A stretch of 61,366 bases of DNA, the filler included. It is 10 parts of 10 records of this genome, joined end to end, with 100 filler letters (N's around TTAATTAATTAA, not from the genome) between each part and the next. Parts side by side here need not be neighbours in the genome. Positions count along the whole stretch, not along the records: positions 1 to 4,350 come from SRR20825010_4961; positions 4,451 to 10,905 come from SRR20825010_4962; 8 more parts are not named here. One strand, written 5' to 3'. Numbering within the stretch: position 1 is the stretch's first letter; every line of letters starts with the position of its first letter. The notes beneath the pieces were generated by a model. It worked only from the letters and a program-made list of their open reading frames with translations. It did no database searches and was not told the origin of the DNA. Of this stretch, positions 1 to 9,024 are shown in pieces. The position numbers were made by a program, and so were the translations under genes.

Positions 1-559
1 ACACCATGTCGCGGCTGCCGCGCACCGTGTTGTCCTCGATCACGCACCCGTGGCTCCACCACAGGCGGATGCCGTCGCCGCGCCGGCCGGGGTCGAGGTC
101 CTTGCACGTGATCGTGTTGCCGCGGACTACCGAGTCGGGCGACTCCCGCAGATCGATGCCGAAGAGGGTGTCCTCGATAGTGTTGTTCTCGATTGTCACC
201 GACCCCGCGAGCACACAGATGCCCGCGGGCTCACCGGTGACATCCTCACCAGACGCACGGACCGTGCACCGCCGGATCGTCACGCCCTCGGCACGCACCT
301 CGATCACGTTGCCGCGGCCCTGACCGTCGAAGATCGCCGCACCGCCACCGTCGAGCGTGATCGGCTTGTCAATCAGGAGATTGCCGACGTAGGTGCCCGC
401 GGGGATCCGCAGAGTCGCACCCGGCTCGGCCGCGGCGATCATCGCGACGATCTCCGCCATGGGCCGCGAATCGTCCGGACCGGACTCCGAGGCCACGGCA
501 CACCACGGCAGCAGGCAGAACAGGATGGCAATGGCGACCAGACGCATCGGGAACTCCAT
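1..559 (-). CDS. nosD: NosD nitrous oxide reductase maturation protein (C-terminal part cut by window edge)
   Basis: Manual translation from ATG 559, which overlaps the upstream TAA: MEFPMRLVAIAILFCLL...GTYVGNLLIDKPITLDG...FDGQGRGNVI...RRGDGIRLWWSHG. Signal peptide plus parallel beta-helix motifs typical of NosD; downstream of nosZ-nosB. Missing from the ORF track because it is open at the edge. Confidence 0.9.
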   Translation of the reverse strand, partial: MEFPMRLVAIAILFCLLPWCAVASESGPDDSRPMAEIVAMIAAAEPGATLRIPAGTYVGNLLIDKPITLDGGGAAIFDGQGRGNVIEVRAEGVTIRRCTVRASGEDVTGEPAGICVLAGSVTIENNTIEDTLFGIDLRESPDSVVRGNTITCKDLDPGRRGDGIRLWWSHGCVIEDNTVRGSRDMV

Positions 560-1224
560 TAGGCGGCGCTGGCCCGCTGCGCCCTGACCAGAGGCAGATA
601 GGCCCGCCGGTGGAAGAACAACGCGATGATCAGCACCAGGGACGCCGCGGTCGCGAGCATCAGGCCGACACCGGGTGTGGCGATCGTCACGAACTGGCCG
701 ATTCCGCCCTTCCCCAACGCCGTCGGCACAAAGGGCTTGACCGCGTTTGACAGTGGTGCATGGGGATCAAGGTTCAGCCCGAAATGCCGCATCCAGAGGT
801 GGAGGTCCACGAGGAACACCACGGGGAAGAACACCACGGGCAGAACCAGAAGAACGGCCCATCGGCTGTGGATGTACGCCGCGAACTCGAGCAGCACGAC
901 GAACAGGATCATCAGAAAGACGCCGATGTCCCGCTCGAGCTCCGCCGCTTCGTAGAGCGAGCGCATGCCGATGTAGTGGTTGAGGCCGTCGATCTCGGCG
1001 ACATCGCCCGAGAGGCTGTTGAGATGCGCCGTCATGTGCAGCCCGTCGGGGTACTGCGGTGCCTGCAGCTCCATGTGCCAGTAGGGAAGAAACAGCGACA
1101 CCAGCAGCAGCACCCGGGCCGTCAGCAGCAGGAACCCCGGCGTGCCGTATCGGATGGAGTGCCTGGCTGTCTCTTCCCGGCCCACGCGGGGGCCGACGAT
1201 TCGTTCGATGATGCTGGGGCTCAC
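559..1224 (-). CDS. nosB: NosB-type membrane protein of clade II nos clusters
   Basis: PYWHMELQAPQYPDGL...GDVAEIDGLNHYIGM motif, several TM helices, position between nosZ and nosD, AAGGAG before the GTG start. Confidence 0.85.
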   Translation of the reverse strand: MSPSIIERIVGPRVGREETARHSIRYGTPGFLLLTARVLLLVSLFLPYWHMELQAPQYPDGLHMTAHLNSLSGDVAEIDGLNHYIGMRSLYEAAELERDIGVFLMILFVVLLEFAAYIHSRWAVLLVLPVVFFPVVFLVDLHLWMRHFGLNLDPHAPLSNAVKPFVPTALGKGGIGQFVTIATPGVGLMLATAASLVLIIALFFHRRAYLPLVRAQRASAA

Positions 1225-1282
1225 GCCTGACTCCTTTATCCGTTCACGGCCGGAGGATTGGTTGTGTCGATGTGGGGGAAGG

Positions 1283-1310
1283 CGCGGCGGGCGCTCTCGC
1301 GCCCGCCGCG
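1283..1310 (-). other. 12-bp perfect GC hairpin with GAGA loop right after the nosZ stop codon
   Basis: Minus strand CGCGGCGGGCGC-GAGA-GCGCCCGCCGCG; no U-tract. Confidence 0.6.
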
Positions 1311-1321
1311 GGAAGAGGAGG

Positions 1322-3307
1322 TTACTTGGGCTCCACCATGAGGTAGCCCATCATCTCAAGGTGCAGCGCCGAGCAGAACTCGGAGCAGTAGAAGGGGAAC
1401 GTCCCGGCGGTGTCCGCCTCGAACTCGATCGTGACAGACTCACCCGGCTCGAGCGACGCGGTGATGTTGTAGACCGGCACCGCGAACCCGTGCGTCGCGT
1501 CGACCGCGCGCTCGGTGTTGGTGATGTGCCAGCGGACCTTGTCGCCCTGCTTCAGGTAGATGTGCTCGGGGTTGAAGTGGCTGCGGATCGCGGTCATGTA
1601 GATATCGACCGTGCCGTCGCTGTTGCGCTGCACGCGCTCCATGCCCTTCTTGGGCGCCATCGGGTTGATGTTCTGCACGTGCGGGTCCCAGCCGACCTCG
1701 GGGTACGTCGCCCACGAATTGAGCTTGTCGGCCTTGACGATCTGCGCGTAGTGCGGCTCGCCCACGCCCATCGCCATGTCGTAGAGCACCGGCATCGTGG
1801 TCCCGTCCTCGGAGATATCCACCAGCTGCAGGTTCTGCGGCAGCAGCGGGCCGGTCTGGATGAACCGGTCCACCGCCCACTTGTTCAGCGAGACCAGGTA
1901 CTTGCCGTCCGGGCTCACCGTGTCGCCCTCGGCCGCGGCGATGTGGCCCACGTTGTAGTGCACGGGGGTCTTGTGGACGAGCGTCCAATCCGGCTCCGGC
2001 GACATCGAGCCGTACGACCCGCCCATCGTCCAGCGCGCGACGGCCGAGTCGAGATAGAGCGAGGTGTAGGCGTAGCCGTCGGGCCCAAACTGCGTGTGCA
2101 AGGGGCCGAGGCCGACCTCGATGCGGGCCTCCACCACGCTGTCAAAGTCGAGGATCGGCACGCCGAACTCGTCGTTGCCGGAGAAGTCCTTGTCGGCGAT
2201 CGCCTTCTTGATCTTGTCCATCGAGTAGATCGTCACGTGCGGGTCGAGCTTGCCGGAGACGACGATGAAATCGCCCTTGGGCGCGACGTCCACGCCGTGC
2301 GGGCTGCGGGGCTCGGGCGTCACGTGCAGCAGCCCCTCATCGAGCGCCGTCTGCAGCGTGATGACGGGGAAGCCCTTGATCTGCTCGACCTTTCCGGCCT
2401 TGTAGACCTGCTCGGCCTTCTTCCAGTCGATGATGTGCAGGAAGTCCGTCGCGTTCCGGCTGGCCCCCGCTTCGAACGGCGGCTTCTTGTCCTGGATGCC
2501 GCCGGTGGCCAGCTCCGTGTTCAGCGAGTTCATGAAGAAGTAGCCGTCGCTGGCCAGCTTGCCCGCGTCGGAGAGGTCCTGCCAGTAGGGCGGCAGCTCG
2601 ATCGCGAACGACTGGTCCGGATCGATCCGGCCGCGCTTGCGGTCAAACTTCCACAGCGTGACCGAACCCTTGTACTTCTCCTTGTACTCCGAGATCGGGG
2701 CGTAGTCCGAGCCCCAGGGCACGGCGTACTGCCCGCCCTCGATCACGTACTCGGTGTTGGGCGTCACAAACGTGCCGCCGTGGTCGCTGAGCGTCAGCGG
2801 GTTCTTGATGATCTGCTTGGTCTCCCAGTCGCGGAGGTCGATCACCGCCACGCGGGCGTTGATCTTGTCGTTGATGAAAAGGAACTGCCCGTCGTAGTCA
2901 CCCGCGGTCTCAGACAACGCCGGGTGGTGCGTGTCGCCCCACAGGTTCGACTTCCCGCTCGGGAAACCCTCTTCCAGAATCTCGTTGCCGACGCCGAAGC
3001 CCCAGCCCTGCCACGACTCGGGCGTAAAGACCGCGATCGACCGCAGCAGCCGCATGCTCGGCAGCCCCACGACGAAGACCTGCCCCGCGTGCCCGCCAGA
3101 GGCGAACATCAGGTACTCATCGTGCTGCCCGCTGGGGACGTAGGTCTTGGCCGCCGCGACCAGGTCCGCCGGCGTCAGGCCGCGATCCTTTGCGACAGTC
3201 TCGACATCACGCATCGACTGCGCCTGCGCCGAGAACGACAGCCCGCACGCCACGAGGGTGGCCAGTGTGGGAATGAGTCGGGAAGGACGGTGTGGTCGGT
3301 GTGTCAT
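1322..3307 (-). CDS. nosZ: Sec-dependent (clade II) nitrous oxide reductase
   Basis: CuZ His motifs (DTHH, DHGG, SPHG, PLH, VGH, EPH) and CuA motif HG...CSEFCSALHLEM. Sec-like leader MTHRPHRPSRLIPTLATLVACGLSFSAQA with no Tat motif. Start set at ATG 3307 (GAGGAAG upstream) rather than the ORF-track 3634. Confidence 0.97.
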   Translation of the reverse strand: MTHRPHRPSRLIPTLATLVACGLSFSAQAQSMRDVETVAKDRGLTPADLVAAAKTYVPSGQHDEYLMFASGGHAGQVFVVGLPSMRLLRSIAVFTPESWQGWGFGVGNEILEEGFPSGKSNLWGDTHHPALSETAGDYDGQFLFINDKINARVAVIDLRDWETKQIIKNPLTLSDHGGTFVTPNTEYVIEGGQYAVPWGSDYAPISEYKEKYKGSVTLWKFDRKRGRIDPDQSFAIELPPYWQDLSDAGKLASDGYFFMNSLNTELATGGIQDKKPPFEAGASRNATDFLHIIDWKKAEQVYKAGKVEQIKGFPVITLQTALDEGLLHVTPEPRSPHGVDVAPKGDFIVVSGKLDPHVTIYSMDKIKKAIADKDFSGNDEFGVPILDFDSVVEARIEVGLGPLHTQFGPDGYAYTSLYLDSAVARWTMGGSYGSMSPEPDWTLVHKTPVHYNVGHIAAAEGDTVSPDGKYLVSLNKWAVDRFIQTGPLLPQNLQLVDISEDGTTMPVLYDMAMGVGEPHYAQIVKADKLNSWATYPEVGWDPHVQNINPMAPKKGMERVQRNSDGTVDIYMTAIRSHFNPEHIYLKQGDKVRWHITNTERAVDATHGFAVPVYNITASLEPGESVTIEFEADTAGTFPFYCSEFCSALHLEMMGYLMVEPK

Positions 3308-3375
3308 GACTCTTCCTCTGTAGTCTGGGCCGTGTGGGCACGCTCGCCCAACGGCGTGGTGAAAGCGAGCTGCAC

Positions 3376-4263
3376 TCAGGCGCCGAGCGCCTGCTTCTGC
3401 AACGCGCGGAGGTAATCCACGATCGTCTGAATCTCTTCGTCCGTGATGGCCGGGTTGCCGCCCTTCGACGGCATGTCGAGGCCGGTGGTGTTGTTCTCGT
3501 CCCAGGACGGACGCCCGGTCTTCACGAAGGTGATCAGGTCCTTGTCCGTCTCGCCCCGCACAAACCCGCTCGTCGTCAGCGGCAGCCCGAGGCCCTCGAT
3601 GCCCTCGGCGCCCTGCCCGTGGCAGGCAGCGCACGACGAGACGTACAGCTGGTACCCCACGTGCTCGGTCAATTCGACCGTCGCGCCCGCCGGTGCCCCA
3701 CCGCTCTCCGACTTGGTGTCCCAGGCCGACACCGCGGCAAACGGCTCACCCTCCGCCTGCATGCTGCGCAGATACGCGACCACCGCGTGCACGGACTCAT
3801 CCGGGATGGACTGCGCCCCCCGCGGCGGCATCAGCGCGCCGCTCGTGTTCGCCGGGTCCGTCGGCGCCCGGCCGTTCACGATCAACGCGAACAACTCCTC
3901 GTCCGAGTGCGTCTGCACAAACTCGCTGTTCCGCAGCGGCTTGCCGAGGAAAGGCACCCCGTCCCCGTTCGGGCCGTGGCACACCGCGCACGTCTTCTGG
4001 TAGACGCCCTCGCCCGGCATCACTGCCGCAGACCCGGTCATCGCCAGCTCGGTCGTGCCAGACGCGGACGCGCCCAACGCGCTCGTGCCCGCCCCCCTCG
4101 AGACCTCCGACGTCGAAGCCCCGCCCAGATACACCACCGCAAAGAGCACCGGAAGCGTCGCAAAGAACACCGTCAAGACGCCCAGCGATGCCCACTTGTA
4201 GGGGTCGGCCGCGGGCTCACGCCGTCCGGATGCCTCGTCTGGTCTCGAGCTCGAACTGTTCAT
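3376..4263 (-). CDS. Membrane-anchored dihaem cytochrome c
   Basis: N-terminal TM segment; two CxxCH motifs (CAVCH, CAACH), each followed by a similar domain with an MP distal-ligand motif. Confidence 0.9.
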   Translation of the reverse strand: MNSSSSRPDEASGRREPAADPYKWASLGVLTVFFATLPVLFAVVYLGGASTSEVSRGAGTSALGASASGTTELAMTGSAAVMPGEGVYQKTCAVCHGPNGDGVPFLGKPLRNSEFVQTHSDEELFALIVNGRAPTDPANTSGALMPPRGAQSIPDESVHAVVAYLRSMQAEGEPFAAVSAWDTKSESGGAPAGATVELTEHVGYQLYVSSCAACHGQGAEGIEGLGLPLTTSGFVRGETDKDLITFVKTGRPSWDENNTTGLDMPSKGGNPAITDEEIQTIVDYLRALQKQALGA

Positions 4264-4296
4264 CAGATTCCCCTTCCTGCTCAACGCAAAGCACGT

Positions 4297-4326
4297 TAGT
4301 GCATAAGTGGATACACAACTGCACTA
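4297..4326. promoter_or_regulatory. Imperfect inverted repeat upstream of the nos operon (candidate operator)
   Basis: TAGTGCA-taa-GTG-gata-CAC-aac-TGCACTA in an AT-richer stretch about 35-65 bp before the cytochrome c start. Confidence 0.4.
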
Positions 4327-4350
4327 CTAGGCTATACATCGACCATATTG

Positions 4351-4450
4351 NNNNNNNNNNNNNNNNNNNNNNNNNNNNNNNNNNNNNNNNNNNNTTAATT
4401 AATTAANNNNNNNNNNNNNNNNNNNNNNNNNNNNNNNNNNNNNNNNNNNN
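4351..4450. other. Artificial contig spacer; identical spacers at 10906-11005, 16611-16710, 21638-21737, 24841-24940, 40709-40808, 44981-45080, 48234-48333, 55554-55653
   Basis: N44-TTAATTAATTAA-N44 (stop codons in all six frames); most flanking genes are truncated and unrelated. Confidence 0.99.
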
Positions 4451-4630
4451 AACCGCGCCGCCGGGAAAGACGAACTTGTTCGGCATGAACGCCGCCTTGG
4501 CCCCGCGCTGCCCCATCAGGACGCGCGGGCGCGTTGCCCTGTCACGCAGAACAACAACGGTGGCGGCATCGCGCAAGGCGGTCTTGTCGATGGGGTTCGC
4601 GGCGGTTTGGTTTGTCGTCGTTCCGGTCAT
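4451..4630 (-). CDS. NUDIX hydrolase (N-terminal fragment)
   Basis: [10 protein letters not shown]...[24 protein letters not shown], truncated at the spacer. Confidence 0.85.
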
Positions 4631-4639
4631 GTCGGCCCC

Positions 4640-5029
4640 TCAGATCCGGGGCGGGAAGCCGTGCATCCCCCGGACCCACTGAAACGCCACAATCGCCCCT
4701 TTCAATCGAGGCAGAAGATAGAGCGAGAGCGCGACGCAGCCAACGGCAAAGATCGTGAACAGCACCAGTGGATCGGGCCGGAAGGTGGTAAAGACCACCA
4801 ACAACAGCGGCGCCATGAGATGCCCGACGATCAGGATTGTCATATAGGCGGGGCCGTCGTCGGCGCGGTGATGATGCAGTTCCTCACGGCAGACCGGGCA
4901 ACTGTCGCGCACGGTGAGATAGCCCGTCAGCATATGCCCGGAGCCACAACTGGGGCACCGACGCCGCCAGCCACGCCAAAGGGTCGGCCAGAAGATGTCC
5001 GTGCCCTTGTTTTCTTGAATGTTGTCCAT
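4640..5029 (-). CDS. DUF983 family membrane protein
   Basis: CPSCG...CPVC...HHRADDGPAY followed by two TM helices. Confidence 0.85.
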   Translation of the reverse strand: MDNIQENKGTDIFWPTLWRGWRRRCPSCGSGHMLTGYLTVRDSCPVCREELHHHRADDGPAYMTILIVGHLMAPLLLVVFTTFRPDPLVLFTIFAVGCVALSLYLLPRLKGAIVAFQWVRGMHGFPPRI

Positions 5030-5244
5030 ACTCGACCTCGCGTTTAGCACCACAAGATGACCGTCGATGCGGTCCGTCGGTAGGGTGCAAAACGTCCTTG
5101 CGTCCGGATGTCACAGATCACGGGGGCGTGATGGAAACGAGAAATTTTTTCCGACGGAAGTGCCGGGATGGCCCGTGATAGTTTGCAGAGACGCCCGAGG
5201 AATGGCGGCTCGGAAAACCGAGACAACCTCTGGAAGGAAAAGAC

Positions 5245-5814
5245 ATGAACAGATCTGCACTTTGGGTCACCGGCGCACTGGTCGTCGTGATGGGCACCGC
5301 AGGTATCGCCACGGCACAAGGCAAGGACGATCGTGGTCCGCGCGGCGCTGGCATGGAAAAGATGTTTGAACAGGTCGACGCCAACAAGGATGGCAAGATC
5401 ACCAAGGACGAGATGGACGCCTTTAAGACGGCGCGTTTCGAAGCGGTCGATACCGATGGCGACGGCAAACTGTCGCAAGATGAACTGGCCGGTGCGCGGG
5501 ACGCACGCCGACTGGCTCGGACACAAAAGATGGTTGAGCGTCTTGACCAGAACGACGACGGTCTGCTGAGCGCCGAGGAAATCGCCGCTGCTGGCCCCAA
5601 ACGTGGGCCCGAAGCGATGTTTGACCGGCTTGACGCAGACAATGACGGTGCGCTGACGCTGGAAGAAATGCAGCAGGCGCACGGCAAGATGCGGGACGGT
5701 GGCAAACATCGGTCCGGCGGCAAGCGCGGTGAGCATGGTGAGCGCGGACATCGCGGTGGTCACGGCTTCGGGTTCCCGTTCTTCGGCGCGCCTGACATGT
5801 CGGACGAAGGTTGA
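5245..5814 (+). CDS. Secreted four-EF-hand calcium-binding protein
   Basis: Signal peptide; loops DANKDGKITKDE, DTDGDGKLSQDE, DQNDDGLLSAEE, DADNDGALTLEE; Gly/His-rich tail. Confidence 0.92.
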   Translation: MNRSALWVTGALVVVMGTAGIATAQGKDDRGPRGAGMEKMFEQVDANKDGKITKDEMDAFKTARFEAVDTDGDGKLSQDELAGARDARRLARTQKMVERLDQNDDGLLSAEEIAAAGPKRGPEAMFDRLDADNDGALTLEEMQQAHGKMRDGGKHRSGGKRGEHGERGHRGGHGFGFPFFGAPDMSDEG

Positions 5815-5822
5815 CACTGACA

Positions 5823-5849
5823 TCCGGGCGGCGGTTTCCGCCGCCCGGA
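5823..5849 (+). other. 12-bp perfect hairpin between the EF-hand gene and the ECF sigma gene
   Basis: TCCGGGCGGCGG-TTT-CCGCCGCCCGGA; no U-tract. Confidence 0.6.
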
Positions 5850-5898
5850 GCGTTGCATGCGGGGCCAAGCCGGGGTAGCGCGTAACGATGGATGGGAC

Positions 5899-6486
5899 AT
5901 GCCCTTTGAAGCCATGAGCGCAGTTGCGGATGAGGATCTGCTGGCGGCCTATGCGGCCGGCGACGCCACAGCGGCGCGGACGTTGACGCAGCGGTTGACT
6001 CCGCGTGTCTTTGGCCATGCCATGCGGATGCTGGGCGGCGACCGGGCCGAGGCCGAGGACGTGGCGCAAGAGGCGCTGTTGCGGCTATGGCGCGCGGCAC
6101 CGGCTTGGCGCATGGGCGAGGCCAAGGTCACGACCTGGTTGTACCGGGTGACCGCGAACCTGTGCATCGATCGCATTCGGCGTCGGCGCAGCGGGCCGGA
6201 TCTGGATTCGGTTCCGGAACTTGAGGACGAGGCGCCGTCGGCGGCGATGGGGATGCAACAGCAGGCCCGTGCCGAGGCGCTGCAACGGGCGCTGGACCAA
6301 TTGCCCGACCGTCAGCGTCAGGCGGTGATCCTGCGGCATATCGAGGGGCTGGCGAACCCTGAAATTGCCGAGATCATGGACATCGGGCCACGCGCGGTCG
6401 AAAGTTTGGTGGCGCGGGGCAAGCGGGCATTGGAAGCGGCGCTGATCGGGCGGCGCGATGAGTTGGGATACGAAGGCGATGACTGA
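5899..6486 (+). CDS. ECF RNA polymerase sigma factor
   Basis: Region 2 AEDVAQEALLRLW...TTWLYRVTANLCID; region 4 LPDRQRQAVILRHIEGL...EIAEIM. Confidence 0.95.
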   Translation: MPFEAMSAVADEDLLAAYAAGDATAARTLTQRLTPRVFGHAMRMLGGDRAEAEDVAQEALLRLWRAAPAWRMGEAKVTTWLYRVTANLCIDRIRRRRSGPDLDSVPELEDEAPSAAMGMQQQARAEALQRALDQLPDRQRQAVILRHIEGLANPEIAEIMDIGPRAVESLVARGKRALEAALIGRRDELGYEGDD

Positions 6487-6880
6487 GCGCAAGGACACCA
6501 AAGGCGACCTGTTTCAGGTCGGGACCGATGCCGCCGGGCTAGAGTCTTTTTTTGCGGAGGCGCGGGCAGAGGCTCCGCAGCCCGGAGGCGATTTCCTTGC
6601 CCGGATCGAGGCGCAGGCGCTGGCCGAACAGCCTGCGGTGCGTAGCGGTGTTCCGAGCCGGGCGGCCCAAAGCCCAATCGGGGTGTTGCGCCAATTGCGC
6701 GACGCGCTGGGCGGATGGGCCGGGATGGCCGGTTTGGCCACGGCCTGCGCCGCAGGAATCTGGATCGGGGTCAGCCCGCCGGACGGGCTGACGATTTTCT
6801 GGGGCGGCGATGCAGCCGCGTTGGGGACTATTGGGGTCGATCCGCTGAGCAGCTTTGATCTTGCGCTGATGGAAGGGTGA
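6479..6880 (+). CDS. Putative single-TM anti-sigma factor
   Basis: Overlaps the sigma gene end; cytoplasmic N-terminus plus one TM (LGGWAGMAGLATACAAGIWIG). Confidence 0.7.
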   Translation: MTERKDTKGDLFQVGTDAAGLESFFAEARAEAPQPGGDFLARIEAQALAEQPAVRSGVPSRAAQSPIGVLRQLRDALGGWAGMAGLATACAAGIWIGVSPPDGLTIFWGGDAAALGTIGVDPLSSFDLALMEG

Positions 6881-6883
6881 TGA

Positions 6884-7426
6884 ATGGCTGCTGAGGTGGA
6901 AAAGAAGGGCAAGCCGGGGCGCTGGCTGCGGGTGTTGCTGTTTGCGTCCCTCGCGTTGAATCTGGCTGTTGTCGGGGCAATCGGCGGGATGGTCCTGAAG
7001 GGCCCAGCGGTGCCGCGTACCGACCGCAGTGATCCGGCGCTGCCCTATACCCGTGCCTTTGATGAAGATCAGAAGCGAGAGCTGCGACGGGCGTTGTGGC
7101 GATCGGTCAAGCGTGATGGCAAGACGATGCGGGCGGCCTATCTGGCGGATTACCAACAGGCATTGATGCTGCTGCGTGGTGAGCCTTTCGAACCGGCGGC
7201 GCTAAAAGCATTGCTGGACGCGCAGGGTGACCGTGCAGCGGATGTGCGTCTGCGTGGGCAGGAGGTTTTGATGACGTTCTTGTCCGAGATGTCGGTGGAT
7301 GAGCGGCGCGCCTATGCCGACCGGCTGGAGCAAGAGCTTGAAAAGATGCGCCAACGCGGCGGTCGCGATTCTTCTCGGGACGGTGGCAAGGGCGGCCACC
7401 GGGACGGACGGGCTACAGACGATTGA
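6884..7426 (+). CDS. Periplasmic heavy-metal-sensor / Spy-CpxP-like helical protein
   Basis: LFASLALNLAVVG anchor; helical body ending MSVDERRAYADRL; last gene of the ECF cluster. Confidence 0.75.
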   Translation: MAAEVEKKGKPGRWLRVLLFASLALNLAVVGAIGGMVLKGPAVPRTDRSDPALPYTRAFDEDQKRELRRALWRSVKRDGKTMRAAYLADYQQALMLLRGEPFEPAALKALLDAQGDRAADVRLRGQEVLMTFLSEMSVDERRAYADRLEQELEKMRQRGGRDSSRDGGKGGHRDGRATDD

Positions 7427-7457
7427 GCAATCCCACCGCGCCGCGCAGGTCTGGCGA

Positions 7458-8912
7458 TCAGGTCAGCCCGGCGCGGCGCGGGGTCGTGGTGTCGGTGATG
7501 TCCGAAATCGCGCTGTGCGCGGGTTTCGGAGCACCGATGAGGCGGACCGTATCGGCCATGACCACGGTGTTGCGTCCCTTGTGTTTTGCGGCATACAGCG
7601 CCTCATCCGCACGAGCGATCAGGTCTAGAGGTCCGTTTTCCTGAGCAGGCTTACCGATGGCCACACCGATTGACAGGGTGACGGTGATACGTTTGCCGTC
7701 CGGTAAGGTGACGGGCTGGCGTGCCATGATCCGGCACAACCGGTCGGCCGTGCGTTTGGCGGCGTCGCTGTCGGCATCGGGCATGGCGACAAGGAATTCC
7801 TCACCGCCCCAACGCGAAATCAGATCGGCGGCGCGCAGGTTGTCCTTGAGACGTTGCGCCAGAGTGACCAGCACGGCATCGCCGGCTGCATGGCCGTGAT
7901 CGTCGTTCACCTGCTTGAAGAAATCGAGATCGGCCAGCAGGAGCGCATAGGGGCGTTTTTGCCGCGCAGCGCGGTCAGCCAGCCGGGAGACATGCGGCAC
8001 CGCGTAGCGCCGGTTGTATAGACCGGTGAGCGGATCGCAGACCGCCGCGCGCAATCCGTCCTGCATGTTGGAGCGCAGCCGGTCATTGGTCCGTTTGCGG
8101 TCGATCTGTTTGCGCAGGCGGATGGCCAGTTCGTCGAGATCGAGCCCGGAGCAAAGCAGATCATTCGCCCCCATGTCCAGTGCGCTGGCCGCCTCGCGTT
8201 GCTGGTGCGGTTGGGCAATGTAGATCAGCGCAGAGTGGCGGGTGCCGCGGCTGGCCCGCAGTTGCGGCAGCAGGCTCAACGCCTGACCAGTGCTGCCCGG
8301 CGGTTCGGCCACGATGACGACATCGGGCGCGCGTGTCCGTTCACGCAGTGCATCGTCGGGGTCGACAACCTCGACCCGGTCGGAAATACGCGCCTCCAGC
8401 CCGTCCTGCAGGGCGCGGGTTTCGGTCAGGCGCGGTGGGGAGACCAGTCTGACCAACCCGGGTGCCACGAATTCGGCGCCTTGTTCGGCCAGACCAAGCG
8501 CGCGGCGCGTATCGTCGCGCAGCTGAAGTTCCGCCTCTGCGTCGCGCGCCCGCAGCAGTGAGCGCAACCGCGCCAGCATCACAAGATCGTTGACCGGACA
8601 GGTGAGTACATCGTCCGCCCCGGCCGCCAGTGACGCCAGACGTTCGCCGGGATCATCCTCACGATGCAGGATCACGACGGGGATTCGCAGACCGGCCTTG
8701 CGGTCGTGGATCGCGGCACACAGGGCGCGGCCAGTCATGTCGGGGAGGTCAGTTGCGGTGATGACAAGATCCGGGGCTGTCCGGCGCAGCATGGCCAACG
8801 CCGTCGCACCGCTATCTGCCTGAATAACCTCGTAATATGCCGCGGAAAGTTTGACTCGCAAGATGATCCGGTTGGTGGGGACCGAATCAACGATCAGTAT
8901 TCTTCCGGTCAT
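7458..8912 (-). CDS. pleD: PleD-like REC-REC-GGDEF diguanylate cyclase
   Basis: MTGRILIVD start; DPLTGLYNRRY; I-site RAAD; RWGGEEF active site; next to DUF3572. Confidence 0.85.
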   Translation of the reverse strand: MTGRILIVDSVPTNRIILRVKLSAAYYEVIQADSGATALAMLRRTAPDLVITATDLPDMTGRALCAAIHDRKAGLRIPVVILHREDDPGERLASLAAGADDVLTCPVNDLVMLARLRSLLRARDAEAELQLRDDTRRALGLAEQGAEFVAPGLVRLVSPPRLTETRALQDGLEARISDRVEVVDPDDALRERTRAPDVVIVAEPPGSTGQALSLLPQLRASRGTRHSALIYIAQPHQQREAASALDMGANDLLCSGLDLDELAIRLRKQIDRKRTNDRLRSNMQDGLRAAVCDPLTGLYNRRYAVPHVSRLADRAARQKRPYALLLADLDFFKQVNDDHGHAAGDAVLVTLAQRLKDNLRAADLISRWGGEEFLVAMPDADSDAAKRTADRLCRIMARQPVTLPDGKRITVTLSIGVAIGKPAQENGPLDLIARADEALYAAKHKGRNTVVMADTVRLIGAPKPAHSAISDITDTTTPRRAGLT

Positions 8913-9024
8913 TCGCGGCCTCCCCTCTGGCAGGTGGATTGACGGTTGTCCGCCGACTTGCACTTTCCTGTCTGCTCAGCTTTGATGAATATTGGTTAAG
9001 AAACCCTTTCGGAAAGAAATCAAA

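Noticed and set aside
1142-3415. 757-aa ORF antisense to nosZ; likewise 56205-58232, 59093-60736, 31191-32402 and other long overlapping ORFs
   Set aside because: Shadow ORFs caused by high-GC codon bias opposite clearly recognisable genes; no motifs
3308-3634. Apparent 109-aa N-terminal extension of NosZ overlapping the cytochrome c gene
   Set aside because: ORF-caller over-extension; the RBS and signal peptide support ATG 3307
4351-4450. TTAATTAATTAA flanked by N runs, repeated nine times
   Set aside because: Artificial concatenation spacer, not a biological repeat or CRISPR. No functional links should be drawn across these joins.
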